Of a DNA stretch of 64,000 nt, positions 61,680-64,000 are shown piece by piece. The DNA is from Lytechinus pictus (taxonomy: Eukaryota): contig NC_087247.1 of assembly GCF_037042905.1 (NCBI RefSeq), positions 25,978,001 through 26,042,000 on the forward strand. Direction: 5' to 3'. Each line of letters starts with the position of its first letter. Within the stretch, counting starts at the first letter, position 1. Made by a program: the position numbers and the translations under genes. Below the pieces are notes generated by a model. The model searched no databases. It was not told the DNA's origin and saw only the letters and a list, made by a program, of their open reading frames with translations.

Positions 61680-62676
61680 GTGGCAGTAGTTTACAGTTTT
61701 ACCCTTAACTCTTTATGGAATGCAGCTCTATGGGCTTTGTTAGGTCTATTGTTTGGTGCCAAAAGTTGACAAAGTGCTTACTCCTTTGAAACTTACACTA
61801 GATAGTACTGTATCAACTCACATCCTTAATCGATTGGTATAAATATGTTGTATCACATGATTACCTTTTGAACATTAGTACAGCAAGATTTCTAGTATAT
61901 GAAATATAAAGATTGTATCACTCATTGACAGAGTTTGATGATTTTAAGGAGAAATTAAACCATTGTAATTGGTTGAGTGAATGAAAATGTTCGATATATT
62001 GCATAAGAGAATACAGAAGACAATTTGAGTGTGCCTACTTTGACTCATTTTTTTGCTAACCACTGACATTATTTTGTGAATGTCACTTTTTCGTGAAACT
62101 GAGCAAAAAGTGAAAAGCCATGCAAAAATTTCTCATTTGACATGCAAATTTGATGAAATTTTATTGATATACTAATTTATTCATTTGAACCCATTGTTGG
62201 GATGGACCTTGTTATTTCTCTAGTGCAAAATCATGTTCTAAAGTCGACACAAATCTCTAACAGAGCAAATAAGGAGAACTTCTATTCTATCTTCATGAGT
62301 ATGGTGGGTGCTTGGGCTGCCAGCTAGCTCAGCTGGCAATTCTGAAAGTGCTTCTCAGACATCACTGCGCATTATCATAACATTGAGCACTTAACCTCAA
62401 AAGTGTCTTGGTCGGGTGGGAATGATTGCGGAAAATAATTAATCTAATTAAAATAGATGAATTTCTTGTAAATTTATGTGTATTTTGCCGATCGAATGGG
62501 TTTGAAAGCACCTACAGTATACCAAAAACATTATTATACATAAAACATATGTTAATTGATTAAATGTATATATCTTTAAGTGCCTATTGATCACTATGAT
62601 AATTTTTTATTACCATGTGCAATGATATTCATTCGTTTCTGACATTTCTTTGCATTATCATATTGCTGTAACTATA

Positions 62677-62790
62677 ACCGGTTTGTTTTCTCAGTTGGTA
62701 GAGCGTTTGTCTCACTCTCACAACTAGGAGGTCAGGAATTCAAGCTCCTGCTGCCTCGGACAAAAAAAAGACTTTAAAAGATGGGAGTTA
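62677..62790 (+). mobile_element. Decayed tRNA-derived SINE head
   Basis: CTCAGTTGGTAGAGCG A-box/D-arm, degraded B box, followed by AAAGACTTTAAAAGATGGGAG. Confidence 0.5.
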
Positions 62791-63031
62791 CTTGGAGAAG
62801 GTTTATGGTTCACCATGTGTAATATAAAGAAGGGAAAGGAAATACTGGCCAAAAATTCAAATGGAAAGACGAGAAAGTATGAAAAGAGGAAATCAGAGGT
62901 ATTCATTTTTGAAAGTGAGTGAAGTCCTGAATTGGACTGTAAACCAGATGAGATGAGCTGAATATGGCTTGAGTAGCGATGATTTGAGTAGTGATGATTT
63001 GAGTAGTAGCAGGTTGAAGTGAAGAGAGGTT

Positions 63032-63072
63032 ACTCAACGTTTCGGGCAGGTTGACTGTCCGTCTTCAGGAGT
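63032..63072 (-). ncRNA. Minimal type I hammerhead ribozyme motif (Penelope-like-element type)
   Basis: Minus strand reads ACUC-CUGAAGA-C-GGACAG-UCAAC-CUGCCC-GAAAC-GUU-GAGU: both catalytic boxes, stem II (one mismatch), stem I ACUC/GAGU, palindromic ACGU in place of stem III. Confidence 0.65.
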
Positions 63073-64000
63073 CTGGGAGTGGTTGGAACCTTGTTTAGCG
63101 GTCAATAATTCAAGGGATAGAAAAAAGCATCTGGCGCTGCACAGTAGCTTCTGGGCCCATGATCAATTGGGGAAAATGAATTTTCAGTGTATTTCTATTT
63201 CAGATTTCTATTTTGAGCACTAAAATATGGATGTTTATTTTCATATGTCAGAAATAACCAAAGTGTTCGCCAGTGTGCAGTGATTATTCGGTAAAGTATG
63301 ATAATATTTGAAACTCAATGGACTTACTACTATTTTATTGAAATTATTAGCTTTTTTTACTGCTTTTCATGTTTGCTAATGTTGCATAATGCCTACTTGG
63401 GTGAACAGGCAATAATTGAAATAAAACTCATTCTAAACCTGTGAGATGAAGGTGAAGATTATGGGGTTAAAGTCTCTGACATTTATGACTCAATGAAATT
63501 ATTTTTTCTACAACATCTAGTGCAAACTTATTGATTTTTCATACGTCAGGGTATATCGCAGAAGCTTCTAAATATGCATCAAATCATTTTGCTTTTAATT
63601 AATGATAAATATTTTATTTGATTTTTGAATATTGTAGTCTGACACTTGATGAAAGGCTAAATTGTATTCTATGTTAGTATCGTATTATTGAGACTCCAAC
63701 ACAACCCAGGTGAACGGGTACCTTGTCGGAGATTATTTCTTCAAACACAGGAAAGAGTAACGGGTGTGTTAATAGCTCCATGGACAGGGTAAATATGCTG
63801 CATCATTGTAGAGCCTTCAGGTATTTCTAATAAAGCACTATATAAGTATAATTATTATTGAAGAGCGAAGGAAAAAAAACATCCCAGAGAGACAGACAGA
63901 GAGAGAGAGAGAGAGAAAAAATATTTGAATTATCAACTTTTAACATGGTCTACGTACATGTATGTGTGTAGAGTGACAATGACCTGATTAGTTTTAGGAG

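Overview
AT-rich, intron-rich animal genomic DNA; the repeat landscape resembles an echinoderm or other invertebrate deuterostome (inference). Two divergently oriented multi-exon host genes were rebuilt by hand with fully consistent splice phases. (1) Minus strand, 3825-23425: a 10-exon, ~1038-aa class I cytokine receptor of gp130/Domeless type (signal peptide, Ig, cytokine-binding FN3 pair, one extra FN3, TM, Box1, ~550-aa Tyr/Ser-rich tail). Its WSXWS is degenerate (MKTWS) and its membrane-proximal FN3 has a Cys-bounded, RxxR-containing insert. (2) Plus strand, 50139-60287: SLC35B4, a nucleotide-sugar transporter. Its last intron is a U12-type AT-AC intron, and its 3' coding end is tandemly copied three more times, each copy an intact ATG-to-TAA mini-ORF ending in KKTD. 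The rest is a dense, nested transposon landscape: a near-complete two-gene PIF/Harbinger element (intact DDE transposase, MADF gene with one nonsense codon) inside a 5-bp-TSD element inside a foldback element with ~1-kb arms around a ~210-bp tandem array; many MITEs (8-bp, 5-bp, TTAA, TA and CAG TSD classes); LINE relics; tRNA-derived SINEs; and a Penelope-type minimal hammerhead ribozyme motif near 63.05 kb with a decayed copy near 52.17 kb.
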